Shown piece after piece: positions 10,386-20,528 of a stretch of DNA of 64,000 nucleotides; within the stretch, counting starts at the first letter, position 1, and every line of letters starts with the position of its first letter. The position numbers and the translations under genes are program-made. Below the pieces are notes generated by a model that was given only the letters and a program-made list of their open reading frames with translations, was not told the DNA's origin and made no database searches. Source of the DNA: Candidatus Poribacteria bacterium (lineage in GTDB: Bacteria; Poribacteria; WGA-4E; PCPOR2b); contig OZ244587.1 of the NCBI GenBank assembly GCA_965218095.1, forward strand, positions 1,024,001-1,088,000, in the 5' to 3' direction.

Positions 10386-12186
10386 ATGAGTGAGAGTATG
10401 CCCGTCAATGCCGATAAACCGCATCTATGGAAAAATGATGTTACAGCGTCAGTAGACCTCTACAATGATTGGTTCATGCGTTTCGCACCAAAAACGTATC
10501 GGGAGGTACGGAAAGAGACAATCGAGCGTGTACAAGAAACAATTCAATTGACGAAGGATCTCACCCTTTTGAATCCGGAGGCCTTAAAGGAGAATCCGTC
10601 AATACTTCCAACCCTGCGGATGTGCACTGCTCCACCGATAGCAAGAGATCGGTTGGTAGGATTGGCTTATGTGAGTAAACACTTGGTTCTCTCAATGGAA
10701 CAGGGGAAGATTCCACCTCGCATGAACAAAGAAAAACTAATTGAGGGGTTGTTATCCATAGCCGAAATCTTGACTAAGCTGCTCGACTACGACATCCTCC
10801 CTTGGCTCGAAAGGAAAACTGCTCCTACGGATTTGGAACAACATCGGGCGGCTACCATTGTGGCGGATCGGTTGTGTGGTACTGTTTCTGATCCGATTAT
10901 CCGTAACGCCCAAGAACAAAGACAACTCGCCTTGATTGCGGCGTATTTGAAGAAACGTAACTATACCGAGCAGCTCCACAAACTCGGACTCTCTTTCAGA
11001 GATCTACCGCCCGGCACGTTTGCTTTTCGTTTGAATGTACTAGCTGGTAGAGGTAGAACCGTCAATGTACCTATTGATGTTGTCGTTCAGCCACATGGGC
11101 ATCATTCAGGTGATTTGCCAATCTTGATTGAAGCCAAATCCGCTGGCGATTTTACTAGGTTCTGTTGACATTTCAAGGGAGCCATATAAGAGTGGAGACA
11201 AAGCTGAGAAATCCAAAATAACGGACAGCTAGCTTCTCAAACCGAGAGAAGATACGACGATACCATTTTATCTTGTTGATGAAACATTCAACCCGATGTC
11301 TCTCTTTGTATAAGTGTTTGTCATACGTTCTTTGGTCAACACGATGACTTTTTGGCGGTATCACCGCAATCGCTCCATTCGCCTCAATAACAGCGATAAA
11401 AGCGTCCGAATCGTACCCCTTGTCTCCAATCACATATTCACTGTTATATCCGATTATCAACCCTTCCGCCTCAGTTATGTCATGTCTCTGACCGGGGGTC
11501 AGATGAATTCTTAGCGGATTGCCTAGTCCGTCAACTGTGATGTGAATTTTTGTACTGAAACCGCCCCGAGACCGACCTAATGCTTGGTTTTCAGTGCCAC
11601 CCTTTTTTTTAAGGCGCCAGCTTTTTAAGGCGCCCGCCGCACACGGGTGAGCGCGGCAGATGGTACTGTCCACAATAAGCGACTCGATATCGGGGTCAGA
11701 GGCAAAGTGAGGGTGCATCTGTGTGAAGATACCTTTGTCGCACCATCGAGCAAACCGCTTGTAGCGGGTGTTCCATTTGCCATAGGTGTCTGGTAGAAGT
11801 CTCCATTGAGCCCCACTACGAGTCACCCACAGGACGGCTTCGACGAAGCGGCGTGTAGCAGCTTCGTCGCCAACATAGATGGTGGGACAGCTTAGAAGAA
11901 ACCGGTATATCTTATTCCATTGTTCATCAGGTAAGGTTATTGGCGTCATTCTTCTATTATGCCACAACCTTATACTCAAATGTCAACAGAACCTAATACG
12001 AACAAGCGACGAAAAGAAGAGGCAACCAAAGTCAATCAGTTACGTGTGCGTTATGGAGAAGACCTCCAATTTATTCTATTTCTCTGTGGATATTTTGATG
12101 CTGGCTACCTAGGCTACGAAGCAGCCGAGGGAATAGATTGGATTTGGGAACATCGAATTGAGGATATGAAGCTACTTGGAATATGA
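10386..12186 (+). pseudogene. XamI-like type II restriction endonuclease interrupted by IS5 copy 2
   Basis: PD-(D/E)xK core VPID..IEAKSAGDFT|NTNKRRKEEA rejoins in frame (320 aa) after IS removal; adjacent to an MTase. Family assignment is from recalled similarity. Confidence 0.82.
11158..11993 (-). mobile_element. IS5-family element, copy 2 (single fused transposase ORF 11173-11979)
   Basis: Same TIRs and TA duplication as copy 1; uninterrupted ORF ending in YKERHRVECFINKIK. Confidence 0.96.
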
Positions 12187-13781
12187 AAATGAAAACACTC
12201 CAACAGATCGAATCTGACCGGCAGAGCGCACAGACAAAGCTAGATAGTCTAAAAAGTGCCTCTGAGCGCAACAAAATGGGACAATACGCTACCCCTTTCT
12301 CTCTTGCACGCGAGATTGTTGAATTTGTCAAGGATACATATTTTGCTGAAACAAATAAAATTCGTTTCTTAGATCCGGCCGCGGGTACGGGGGCTTTTTT
12401 TTCCGCACTGCTTCATGCCTTTCCGAAGACACGGATTGAAAACGCTGTTGGAATCGAACTTGACTCGCAAATCGCTTCAATCACCAAACATTTATGGAGG
12501 GAATGGGGCCTGGACGTAGTCGAAGCGGATTTCGCACAATTACCCTTTCCAGTTACCCCCATGTTCAATTTGCACCTTGTCAATCCCCCTTATGTTCGAC
12601 ATCACCACCTCGATTCGGGGACAAAGCGGCATCTCCAAGAGAAAATCAAAGTGGCGGTTGGGCTCAACCTGAACGGCCTGGCAGGACTGTACTGCTATTT
12701 TCTTTTGATAGCCCATCGGTGGTTAGCTCAGGATGGATTTGGCGTTTGGCTTATCCCTTCTGAGTTTATGGATGTGAAGTATGGAGAGGTTGTCAAACGC
12801 TATCTAATCGAACAGGTTTCCTTGCGGCATGTACATCGCTTTGATGCAGAAGATATGCAATTTGATGATGCCCTCGTTTCCTCGACCGTGCTCATTTTTC
12901 AAAAACGCAAGCCGGAGCAAGACCATGAAGTGACTTTTTCTCTCGGCGGCACGCTGAAAGCCCCAAACGTTTCTGTGCACATCCTGCAACGAGAAATTCG
13001 ACAGATCAGCAAGTGGACTTCGCTTCCAAACAAACCGATGCTCTACACCGAGAGGGATGTTCATCGGCTCAACACGACGACAACAATCGGGGACCTCTTT
13101 GAGATTCGTCGTGGGTTAGCGACAGGCGCAAACGAGTTTTTTATTTTAAATCGTGACCTCGCCAGCGGTAAAGATCTGCCGGAACAGTTCCTGCGACCAA
13201 TTCTGCCGAGTCCGAGGTACATAAATGACGATAGAGTGCACACCGCTGACGACGGCTTCCCACTTGTTCAGCCATCTTTGGTCTTGTTGGATTGTGAGCT
13301 TGATGAAAGCGAAATTGGATACTATCCGACGTTGCAGGCGTATTTGGATTGGAGTGAGTCACAAGGATTTGCCGACCGGTATATCACGCGCCATCGACAG
13401 CCATGGTTCAAACAGGAGAATCGACCGGCGGCACCCATTTTATGCAGTTATATGTCTCGTACGAAGTCAGGGAAGTCTGGGCTTCGGTTCTTCCGAAACT
13501 ATTCGAAGGCGACCGCTCCAAACGTCTATCTTATGTTGTACCCAACGCAAGCGGTACGAGACGCTTGTGAAGATGGCCTCGATCTTCTCGATGAGTTGTT
13601 CAATTTGATTAAACGTGCCAGAGATGAGTCTCTGCTTTACGAAGGACGGACGTATGGCGGAGGACTCAACAAGATCGAACCCAAAGAACTTGCGCGAGTG
13701 CCGTTACCTGACGCTCCATTACTAAAACGGATCTCCGTCAAGCCCAAACAACTTTTCTTACTTGAAAGCAAGTCACCATGA
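12183..13781 (+). CDS. N6-adenine DNA methyltransferase (gamma class), partner of the XamI-like REase
   Basis: GQYATP, FLDPAAGTGAF (motif I), then NPPY (motif IV); RGLATGANEFF; GRTYGGGLNKIEP. Confidence 0.93.
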   Translation: MKMKTLQQIESDRQSAQTKLDSLKSASERNKMGQYATPFSLAREIVEFVKDTYFAETNKIRFLDPAAGTGAFFSALLHAFPKTRIENAVGIELDSQIASITKHLWREWGLDVVEADFAQLPFPVTPMFNLHLVNPPYVRHHHLDSGTKRHLQEKIKVAVGLNLNGLAGLYCYFLLIAHRWLAQDGFGVWLIPSEFMDVKYGEVVKRYLIEQVSLRHVHRFDAEDMQFDDALVSSTVLIFQKRKPEQDHEVTFSLGGTLKAPNVSVHILQREIRQISKWTSLPNKPMLYTERDVHRLNTTTTIGDLFEIRRGLATGANEFFILNRDLASGKDLPEQFLRPILPSPRYINDDRVHTADDGFPLVQPSLVLLDCELDESEIGYYPTLQAYLDWSESQGFADRYITRHRQPWFKQENRPAAPILCSYMSRTKSGKSGLRFFRNYSKATAPNVYLMLYPTQAVRDACEDGLDLLDELFNLIKRARDESLLYEGRTYGGGLNKIEPKELARVPLPDAPLLKRISVKPKQLFLLESKSP

Positions 13782-14698
13782 ACACATTAAAAGCCTACCT
13801 TGAATTAATCCGCTACCCTCTTTTTGCCATTCCGATCGTTGCGACGCTGCCGGGAACGTTAATTGCGTCAGAAGGACAACTCAACTGGCGCGTGGGGGTT
13901 ACATTGTTGACGGCGCTGCTCGGCTACTTCGCGGGCATGATGAAGAATGACTACTTCCACCGTGAACAGGATGCCGTTGTGAATCCGAATCGTCCGCTCC
14001 CATCGCACCGACTCACGCCGCGGCAGGTATTGATTACCGCAAGCAGCATTTACATCATCTGCGTCATCTTGGGATTCACGCTCCACATCAAAGCAGGGCT
14101 TCTGGTGATTGCCCTCGTGATGATTTCCCATTCATACAACGCCATCTTCAAGGAACGCGGAATATCAGGAAGCATTAGCCTTCCCGTTGGCATCGGTCTG
14201 CTCAACGTGTTTGGTGCACTGGCTGTAAGCGGGCAAGTGCCACGCCTGGTCTGGTATGCGTTCGCTGCGACGACGCTCTACGATTGTGGGACGCACATTA
14301 CGACGACCTTCAAAGATATTGAACGGGATAAAAAACTCGGTATTACCACCACTCCCTTGCAATTGGGAATCAAGCCAGCCCTCGTCTGTTCTGCCGCATC
14401 GACCATACTGTCCTTTATCGTCGCCGCGTTGCCACACTGGCTCGAAGGGGTTGGCTGGCACTATACCTTATGGGTAGTCCTTGCGTTGATTGCGACGAGT
14501 GTCACCCGTCTGCCCCTTTATCTAAATCCAAACGAAAAGAACGGCTATCGCGCCCTAAAGGGATCAATGGTCGGCGCCATCACATTTTTTCCCTGCCTTA
14601 TCGGCGTTCAAATTCCGCTTTGGCAATCTATGCTTGTGATTTTGCCGCTACTGTTTGTGACGATGACCTTGCTGGAAGTGACCAAACGAGAAGTGTGA
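13778..14698 (+). CDS. UbiA-family prenyltransferase (DGGGP-synthase-like)
   Basis: Multi-TM protein; NDYFHREQDAVVNPNRPLPS (NDxxDxxxD variant) and KDIERDKKLGITTTPLQLG. Confidence 0.9.
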   Translation: MNTLKAYLELIRYPLFAIPIVATLPGTLIASEGQLNWRVGVTLLTALLGYFAGMMKNDYFHREQDAVVNPNRPLPSHRLTPRQVLITASSIYIICVILGFTLHIKAGLLVIALVMISHSYNAIFKERGISGSISLPVGIGLLNVFGALAVSGQVPRLVWYAFAATTLYDCGTHITTTFKDIERDKKLGITTTPLQLGIKPALVCSAASTILSFIVAALPHWLEGVGWHYTLWVVLALIATSVTRLPLYLNPNEKNGYRALKGSMVGAITFFPCLIGVQIPLWQSMLVILPLLFVTMTLLEVTKREV

Positions 14699-14701
14699 GA
14701 T

Positions 14702-14992
14702 GTGGGGAGGGGCATCACTGAGAAAAATTTGGTCTACATCAACTATGCTTCTCGTGCGAATCCTGAACTAACAGAGGAGATTTTACAAATGGTCGGAAAG
14801 AAGAGTTTATACGAAAAGCAACTTGAGCGCATTGCCAAGAGCTTCGGAACTAATCTGTTGCCCTATTTCAATCCAGAAGAATGGATGCTCGGACTAACTC
14901 CCGAAGAACTCGTGCGTGGATTGACTCCTGAAGAGCGAGAAAAATTCAAGCAACTCCTCGAAGAACCAGGGGAAGGAAGCGATCAAAAATAG
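14702..14992 (+). pseudogene. Fragment resembling the GLTPEE-repeat C-terminus of Rpn/PD-(D/E)xK-like proteins
   Basis: PEEWMLGLTPEELVRGLTPEERE; no RBS and no nuclease domain. Confidence 0.45.
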
Positions 14993-15028
14993 TGAGTCGG
15001 ATTGCGGCGAATTTTGGGGACAGAACGA

Positions 15029-16720
15029 ATGAACGAAAGCATCGAATCGGCTGTGGATCGGAGCACAGCTTTTTTAATGCAGCAACAAAACGTGGGGGGA
15101 AATTTTGAAGGACAACTCTCCTCAAGTACCTTTCCAACCTGCGCTTACGCCTGGGTGCAGCTTGCCCAGAATCAGTTACCTGATCAAGCCCTGATTGATT
15201 GGTTGCTAAATAACCAGAACGAAGATGGAATGTGGAGGCTCGATGCCGCCAAGCAACCAAACCGAGAAGCCACGCTATTTGCAAAACTCATTTTAGATCA
15301 GGTCTGGAAACGGAAGCCCAACCCACAAATTGCCGGGGCCCTCGCGCGCATTCCTGAATATCCGTTTGAACTTGCCCTGATCAAATTATCCTACGCCGCT
15401 TTCGGTGAGTTTGATTGGAACAAGCTGACCATCCCGAAACGCATGCTCCCCGTGATGACGCTTACGAAAAAGCTACTGACGATATTTCCCTCCCTGCAAT
15501 CGCTTCTCAAGCCACCAACCAATGTCCTTCCTCCCGTTGATTTCTTCAACACACTGATGTTTGAGACGCTGTTCATTGCGGAGCAACATACGCTCGTCCC
15601 CGTTTTCATCCTGATCGAACTGAATACGACCAAACGGTTGGAAATGATCGATGCCCTGACCAATTGGCTGGCGAGTCATGTTCTCAAAGATGGCAGTTGG
15701 TTTCGTGTCAACTACATCACGGCGTTGTCGGTGCTTGCGCTAATCGAGGTTGAAAAGAGGCACGGGCCGACTGCGGAGATCAAGGCGTCCATCCGTCGCG
15801 GCGTTGAATGGCTGCAATCAACGCGAAATCCAGATGGCGGCTGTCGGGAGGCACTGAATCTCAACGTTTGGGATACAGCGTTAAGTGTGATTGCGCTTAT
15901 AGATGTTGGCGATGCAACCGCCGGGCATAATGCGGTTCAAACCGCGTGCAGGTGGCTCATTGAAAACCAGAACCCCGATGGCGGTTGGGCGTTTTCTGGG
16001 ATGGAAGGAAGCGGCGCCCTCCCGAGCGATGCCGACGACACGGCTTTATCCACGCTTGCCCTGCTGCGATCTAAAGCCCCTCATGCTGATCAAGCAATTC
16101 AGCGTGGGCTTAATTGGCTGATAGCGCATCAAGGTCTCGACGGAAGCTGTAGCACGTATCTTCCCGGTCAGGGGGATGTCGGGTGTGTGAGCATTACCGC
16201 CCACGTCATTGAAGCCTGGTGCGAAGCGACCGGTATGGAAGCGTCAATCGATCGAGCCAGTCAGTGGCTAGGAAGCCAGATCTCCAAAGAGGGGTATTGG
16301 CCGGATCTTTGGCTCGCCAAACGGACGTATGGAACAGCTTGTGCGATTATCGGTCTAATCAAGGCTGGAAAGCAAGCATCTCCGGCAATTAAGCGTGGGG
16401 TTCACTGGCTTGAAGCGGTACAAAACAGCGACGGCGGTTGGGGCGAAGATATGTTCGGCGTCCTGACCGATAGCACTGTCGAGCAAACAGGGTGGTGTAC
16501 TTATGCCCTGCTGCTTGCCGATCGTGAAAATCGCGCCGCCCAAAAGGGAGTAGAGTTCCTCCGCAGTCGCCAAAAACCGGACGGCTCGTGGGATGCCAGT
16601 TGTGTCGGTATCTATTGGGAGGTTATCGGCGGTTATGCGGATCCGATTTACGCCTCGGTTTTCCCCCTGTTTGCGCTGAATCAAGCAAGATGCATGATGC
16701 AAATGAATCTTGAATCCTGA
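15029..16720 (+). CDS. Squalene-hopene-cyclase-like class II terpene cyclase
   Basis: About six QW repeats (QNEDGMW, QNPDGGWAF, QNSDGGWGE, QKPDGSW), VWDTAL and catalytic DADDTA (DxDD). Confidence 0.88.
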   Translation: MNESIESAVDRSTAFLMQQQNVGGNFEGQLSSSTFPTCAYAWVQLAQNQLPDQALIDWLLNNQNEDGMWRLDAAKQPNREATLFAKLILDQVWKRKPNPQIAGALARIPEYPFELALIKLSYAAFGEFDWNKLTIPKRMLPVMTLTKKLLTIFPSLQSLLKPPTNVLPPVDFFNTLMFETLFIAEQHTLVPVFILIELNTTKRLEMIDALTNWLASHVLKDGSWFRVNYITALSVLALIEVEKRHGPTAEIKASIRRGVEWLQSTRNPDGGCREALNLNVWDTALSVIALIDVGDATAGHNAVQTACRWLIENQNPDGGWAFSGMEGSGALPSDADDTALSTLALLRSKAPHADQAIQRGLNWLIAHQGLDGSCSTYLPGQGDVGCVSITAHVIEAWCEATGMEASIDRASQWLGSQISKEGYWPDLWLAKRTYGTACAIIGLIKAGKQASPAIKRGVHWLEAVQNSDGGWGEDMFGVLTDSTVEQTGWCTYALLLADRENRAAQKGVEFLRSRQKPDGSWDASCVGIYWEVIGGYADPIYASVFPLFALNQARCMMQMNLES

Positions 16721-16730
16721 ATCTCTGATT

Positions 16731-17402
16731 ATGATCTCCGTCATTATTCCAGTTCTCAACGAAGCCAAAATTTTAGACCAATCGCTATCTCGACTGCAAA
16801 CACAACTGCATGGACACGAGTTAATCATCGTGGATGGTGGGAGCACAGATGACACACCGTTGATTGCGAAAAAGTATGGGCAGGTCATCTTTTCTGAACG
16901 TGGAAGAGCCCGTCAGTCAAATACGGGCGCTGCTGCGGCAACGGGAGATATACTGCTTTTCCTGCATGCGGATGTGTGGCTAGACCCCGGCATAATCGAA
17001 GGCGTTGAAGGGGCGATCTCGGCAGGTTATACCGGCGGGGCATTCAAACAACGGATCGAGGGAAAGCACTTTCTATATCGCCTGATTGAACGGGGAGCGA
17101 ATCTCAGGGCGAGGCGACTGCGGGTTTTCTACGGTGACGGTGGAATTTTCATTCGCCGCGCTGATTTTTATCAGATTGGAGGCTTTCCCGATATTCCAAT
17201 TATGGAAGATATGGGATTTTCCCGAAAGCTGCGTCGGCTCGGCAAGACAACGCTTGTTGAACCAGGGATTCACATCTCTCCCCGCCGCTGGCAGAAGAAC
17301 GGCATCGTCCGCACGACACTCACCAATTGGTTCATCACTGCCCTCTATTTCTTGGGAATTTCTCCACATCAACTGGCCAGGTTGTACCGACAAATTCGGT
17401 AG
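16731..17402 (+). CDS. GT2 glycosyltransferase, TIGR04283-like
   Basis: ISVIIPVLNEA, VDGGSTD, GRARQ.N.GA, LFLHAD, YGD..IF, GGFPDIPIMED, S.RRW. Confidence 0.9.
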   Translation: MISVIIPVLNEAKILDQSLSRLQTQLHGHELIIVDGGSTDDTPLIAKKYGQVIFSERGRARQSNTGAAAATGDILLFLHADVWLDPGIIEGVEGAISAGYTGGAFKQRIEGKHFLYRLIERGANLRARRLRVFYGDGGIFIRRADFYQIGGFPDIPIMEDMGFSRKLRRLGKTTLVEPGIHISPRRWQKNGIVRTTLTNWFITALYFLGISPHQLARLYRQIR

Positions 17403-17489
17403 ATTAGGGCGTAGAACTTCGGAACAAGTACATACCTACACGCAACACGTTTTACGTTTCACGCACTACATCACACTTTGGAGCATTCT

Positions 17490-17783
17490 ATGCCAGTACC
17501 AATTACCCTCATAATTAATGATAGTTGTCCACTGATCCACGTTTACGATTAAATTGCGGATCTGATCATCACGCGAGATGGACGTGGGGACAAGATTCGC
17601 GAAGTGTTAGACACCAGCGGCTGGCCCATCCTGCTGACCCATTGGCAATCGCTTTTCTTAAACAGTTTGGAGACGGGATTAGTTGTGCTTGATGAAGTCG
17701 GGGTGCGGGCCAGTACGGGATTAGCAAATGAGATTGAATGGAAAACTTGCTCAGAGATTGCGCGTCTGACTATAGAAAGTTAA
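17490..17783 (+). pseudogene. Internally deleted hypothetical gene (N- and C-termini only)
   Basis: MPVPITLIINDSCPLIHVY joined out of frame to ADLIITRDG...WPILLTHWQSLF...EWKTCSEIA*. Confidence 0.5.
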
Positions 17784-17890
17784 GTCTCTGCATGCCCAAA
17801 AATTAAAGGGCAGCCAGATTGAATCCAGCCGCCCCAATCGTGAGTGAGGTGAGAGGTTCTACGCCTCCGCTCACTAGACATCTACCCCCA

Positions 17891-17942
17891 AAACAGTCGC
17901 AGGAAATCCCTGATACTGGGATAGGTCTCCTGCGACTTTTTT
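17891..17942 (+). terminator. Hairpin plus T-run
   Basis: agtcgcagga...tcctgcgact followed by ttttt. Confidence 0.55.
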
Positions 17943-17985
17943 CTGAAAACTGTATTGGTCAGGAAGATGGTAGACATTATCTCCC

Positions 17986-18010
17986 GTAGGGTGGGCACCG
18001 CCCACCCTAC
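17986..18010. repeat. GTAG-type REP palindrome
   Basis: GTAGGGTGGGC-acc-GCCCACCCTAC, a perfect inverted repeat. Confidence 0.85.
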
Positions 18011-18085
18011 AATTTGCGGCTTGGATTTGGCGAGCAAAAGTGTCGATCATCCTATTGACCATTACACTTTTTTCTGAAAAAAAGC

Positions 18086-18112
18086 GAACCTTTTCCGAGA
18101 TAGCTTGTCTAA
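18086..18112 (+). promoter_or_regulatory. Putative ECF (sigmaE-type) autoregulatory promoter
   Basis: GAACCT-N15-GTCTAA directly upstream of the ECF sigma gene. Confidence 0.65.
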
Positions 18113-18121
18113 CGGATCAGT

Positions 18122-18757
18122 ATGGAAACACAACAGTCTGTTTTAGTTGCTATGAGAAATCTACCCATTGCCGATCTCACTTCTGAAAACCTTGAAGAAA
18201 CTAGCAACCAACAGGAACAAGATCTGGTTAAACGTTGCCAGGAAGGGGATTCACAGGCACTAGAACAGATTGTGCGGCAGTATCAGGATGGGGTCTACAA
18301 TATTGCCTATCGAATACTCGGTAGCCACGAAGATGCACAAGATCTCGCACAAGACGTTTTTTTAACCGTCTGGGAAAAAATCGGGCAATTCAAGTTCAAG
18401 TCCCGTTTCTCAACATGGCTTTATCGCATCGTGACGAACCTGTGCATCAATGAGAAAAATCGCCAGCGACGGCGGCAAACCGTTCCAATGGAAATCGATG
18501 ATTCCCAGGCATGGACACCCATCAATCCCACGACACCGGAAAAAGAGGTCTTGCTGGCAGAACAGCAAGAGATACTGCAAGTTGCCCTTGCACAACTCAA
18601 GGATAAATATCGAACGATTCTGATTCTCCGGGAGATGGAAAATCTGTCTTACGATGAATTATCGAAAGTGTTAAGGTGCTCTATTGGACGTGTCAAATCA
18701 CGCCTGCACGAGGCAAGAATGGCGCTCAGAAAAATTTTGCAACAGAAAGATCAATGA
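18122..18757 (+). CDS. ECF RNA polymerase sigma factor (RpoE/SigW-like)
   Basis: DAQDLAQDVF, FSTWLYRI..N, LSYDEL, GRVKSRLHEAR. Confidence 0.95.
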   Translation: METQQSVLVAMRNLPIADLTSENLEETSNQQEQDLVKRCQEGDSQALEQIVRQYQDGVYNIAYRILGSHEDAQDLAQDVFLTVWEKIGQFKFKSRFSTWLYRIVTNLCINEKNRQRRRQTVPMEIDDSQAWTPINPTTPEKEVLLAEQQEILQVALAQLKDKYRTILILREMENLSYDELSKVLRCSIGRVKSRLHEARMALRKILQQKDQ

Positions 18758-19324
18758 GTGATTGCTATGCAACACAGTCAGATCCAAAAACAGTTGTCTG
18801 CATATTTAGATGAGGCGTTAAGTCCACAGGAATGCGAAGGGATCGAACTTCATTTACAAACTTGTAATGAATGTACCGAAATCCTTTCAGATCTCAGACA
18901 GAATCGCCAATGGATTGCAGAACTACGACAGCCGGCGCCCACAGGGCTCTGGGAAGCTGTCCAAGCACAGATGGCGAATCCGAATCAACGGCAAGCCATA
19001 CGTAAATTTCGCCTCGATTTCGGTTACATCTGGCGTCAATGGATTTTTCGTCCGGTTCCTGTAGGGATTAGCGCGTTAGTCACGGTGTGTCTGGTCCTGG
19101 CACTGGTGTACCTCAATCCAACACAGAATCCATCCGAGGATTCGCTTGATTTTTATCTGATGGTTCACACGGAATATGTAGCCCACAATCCACTGACATC
19201 AAATACTGTCGTTGATTCGTTTGTCATTGTGGAGGAATCCGAAGCGGAAAGCCCTGACGCTGCTTTTCCTGATGACACGCAGACTGTTCTTGATACTTAC
19301 TTAGATGCCTATTTCGGAGATTAA
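18758..19324 (+). CDS. Zinc-binding (ZAS) anti-sigma factor
   Basis: LSAYLD..L and HLQTCNEC (Hx3Cx2C); one TM segment. Confidence 0.9.
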   Translation: MIAMQHSQIQKQLSAYLDEALSPQECEGIELHLQTCNECTEILSDLRQNRQWIAELRQPAPTGLWEAVQAQMANPNQRQAIRKFRLDFGYIWRQWIFRPVPVGISALVTVCLVLALVYLNPTQNPSEDSLDFYLMVHTEYVAHNPLTSNTVVDSFVIVEESEAESPDAAFPDDTQTVLDTYLDAYFGD

Positions 19325-19331
19325 ACGTGCG

Positions 19332-20474
19332 ATGACCTCAAACCAGAAACGACGAATTGTTCTCAATAGCCTCCTGTTGCTAACATCCCTACTCACGCTG
19401 GTTGCGGTTGCAAATGGTGAATCAAGCGACCAAAACACATTTACTGAAATCCTTCAACGGATCACATCAGCGGAACGTGAGGTTGGTTATGTTGGCAAAC
19501 GTATCTCAATAAGCTGGGCGCCCAACGATTGTATTGCACATGAGGAACTCGTTGTGCATCAGCCGCCTTCGACCCATTTCGTTAAGGTGTTGACGCCGCG
19601 AGAGGGAAACCGCTGGTCCGGACATATAGACGAATTGCGAAAGCGACGTGAGGCACTGTGGCGTAAGGAACGGCGGGGGAAACTCTCGCAACGTGAAGCT
19701 TTTATCAAACGTCGCTTCGAGAGGAGTATCTTCTCCGGACAACTACGTCAGCAACCGATCGAATCGCTGTCGCAAGCGGATATTGAGCGATTAAGTCAAA
19801 ATTATACTTTCCAGCATACCGCATCGGAGGAAATTGCAGGGTATAAGACAGATTTGCTGACGATTTCGTCCCGTTTTGAAGGGCGACCGACGAAGCATAT
19901 CTGGATCGCCAAAGAGAAGGGAATTATTCTGCGGCACGAAGGTATCGATGCACAAGGACAGCTGCGATTCTTGTCGGTGTATACACAGATTAGTTTCCAA
20001 CCGGAACGTGTTCAGCAGCAAGTAACGGAGTTCCGAGAAGGAAAAGAACCGCCGACCGAGAAACCTAAGCCAATTGAAGAGGTCTCCTTATCAGAGGCGC
20101 AAGAAGCATTTCAGCATCAGCTTATCCTTCCGGATTATCTCCCTCAAGGGTTTGAATTACAGATTGTGACTCTGATGAAGTTTCGTCCTAAACCTACTGT
20201 ACATCTACGTTATACCGATGGGTTGATGGTGTTTTCCTTGTTTGAGGAACCAACAGGAAAACGGCCCCGTGAACGACGCATGGGCAGTCATGGGGATAGA
20301 GGAGTTCGGATGAAACGCATCCATGGCACACCGGTTCAGATTATAGATCGCCGACAGATCCAGATTCTCCGATGGTTTCAAGAGGATGTAGGTTTTACCT
20401 TGATTGGTGAATTAAATCGATCTGAAATAATCCAGATTGCAGAGTCGCTGATTATCAATCCTGCACAACAATAA
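19332..20474 (+). CDS. MucB/RseB-like periplasmic regulator
   Basis: Signal peptide; EEIAGY, IWIAKEKGIIL, LPDYLPQGF, YTDGLMVFSLFE; gene position after the anti-sigma. Confidence 0.85.
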   Translation: MTSNQKRRIVLNSLLLLTSLLTLVAVANGESSDQNTFTEILQRITSAEREVGYVGKRISISWAPNDCIAHEELVVHQPPSTHFVKVLTPREGNRWSGHIDELRKRREALWRKERRGKLSQREAFIKRRFERSIFSGQLRQQPIESLSQADIERLSQNYTFQHTASEEIAGYKTDLLTISSRFEGRPTKHIWIAKEKGIILRHEGIDAQGQLRFLSVYTQISFQPERVQQQVTEFREGKEPPTEKPKPIEEVSLSEAQEAFQHQLILPDYLPQGFELQIVTLMKFRPKPTVHLRYTDGLMVFSLFEEPTGKRPRERRMGSHGDRGVRMKRIHGTPVQIIDRRQIQILRWFQEDVGFTLIGELNRSEIIQIAESLIINPAQQ

Positions 20475-20528
20475 CGTAGCAGTAGAACAGAACTGCTGGT
20501 TCTAAACTAACAAAATGGAGGTTTTATC

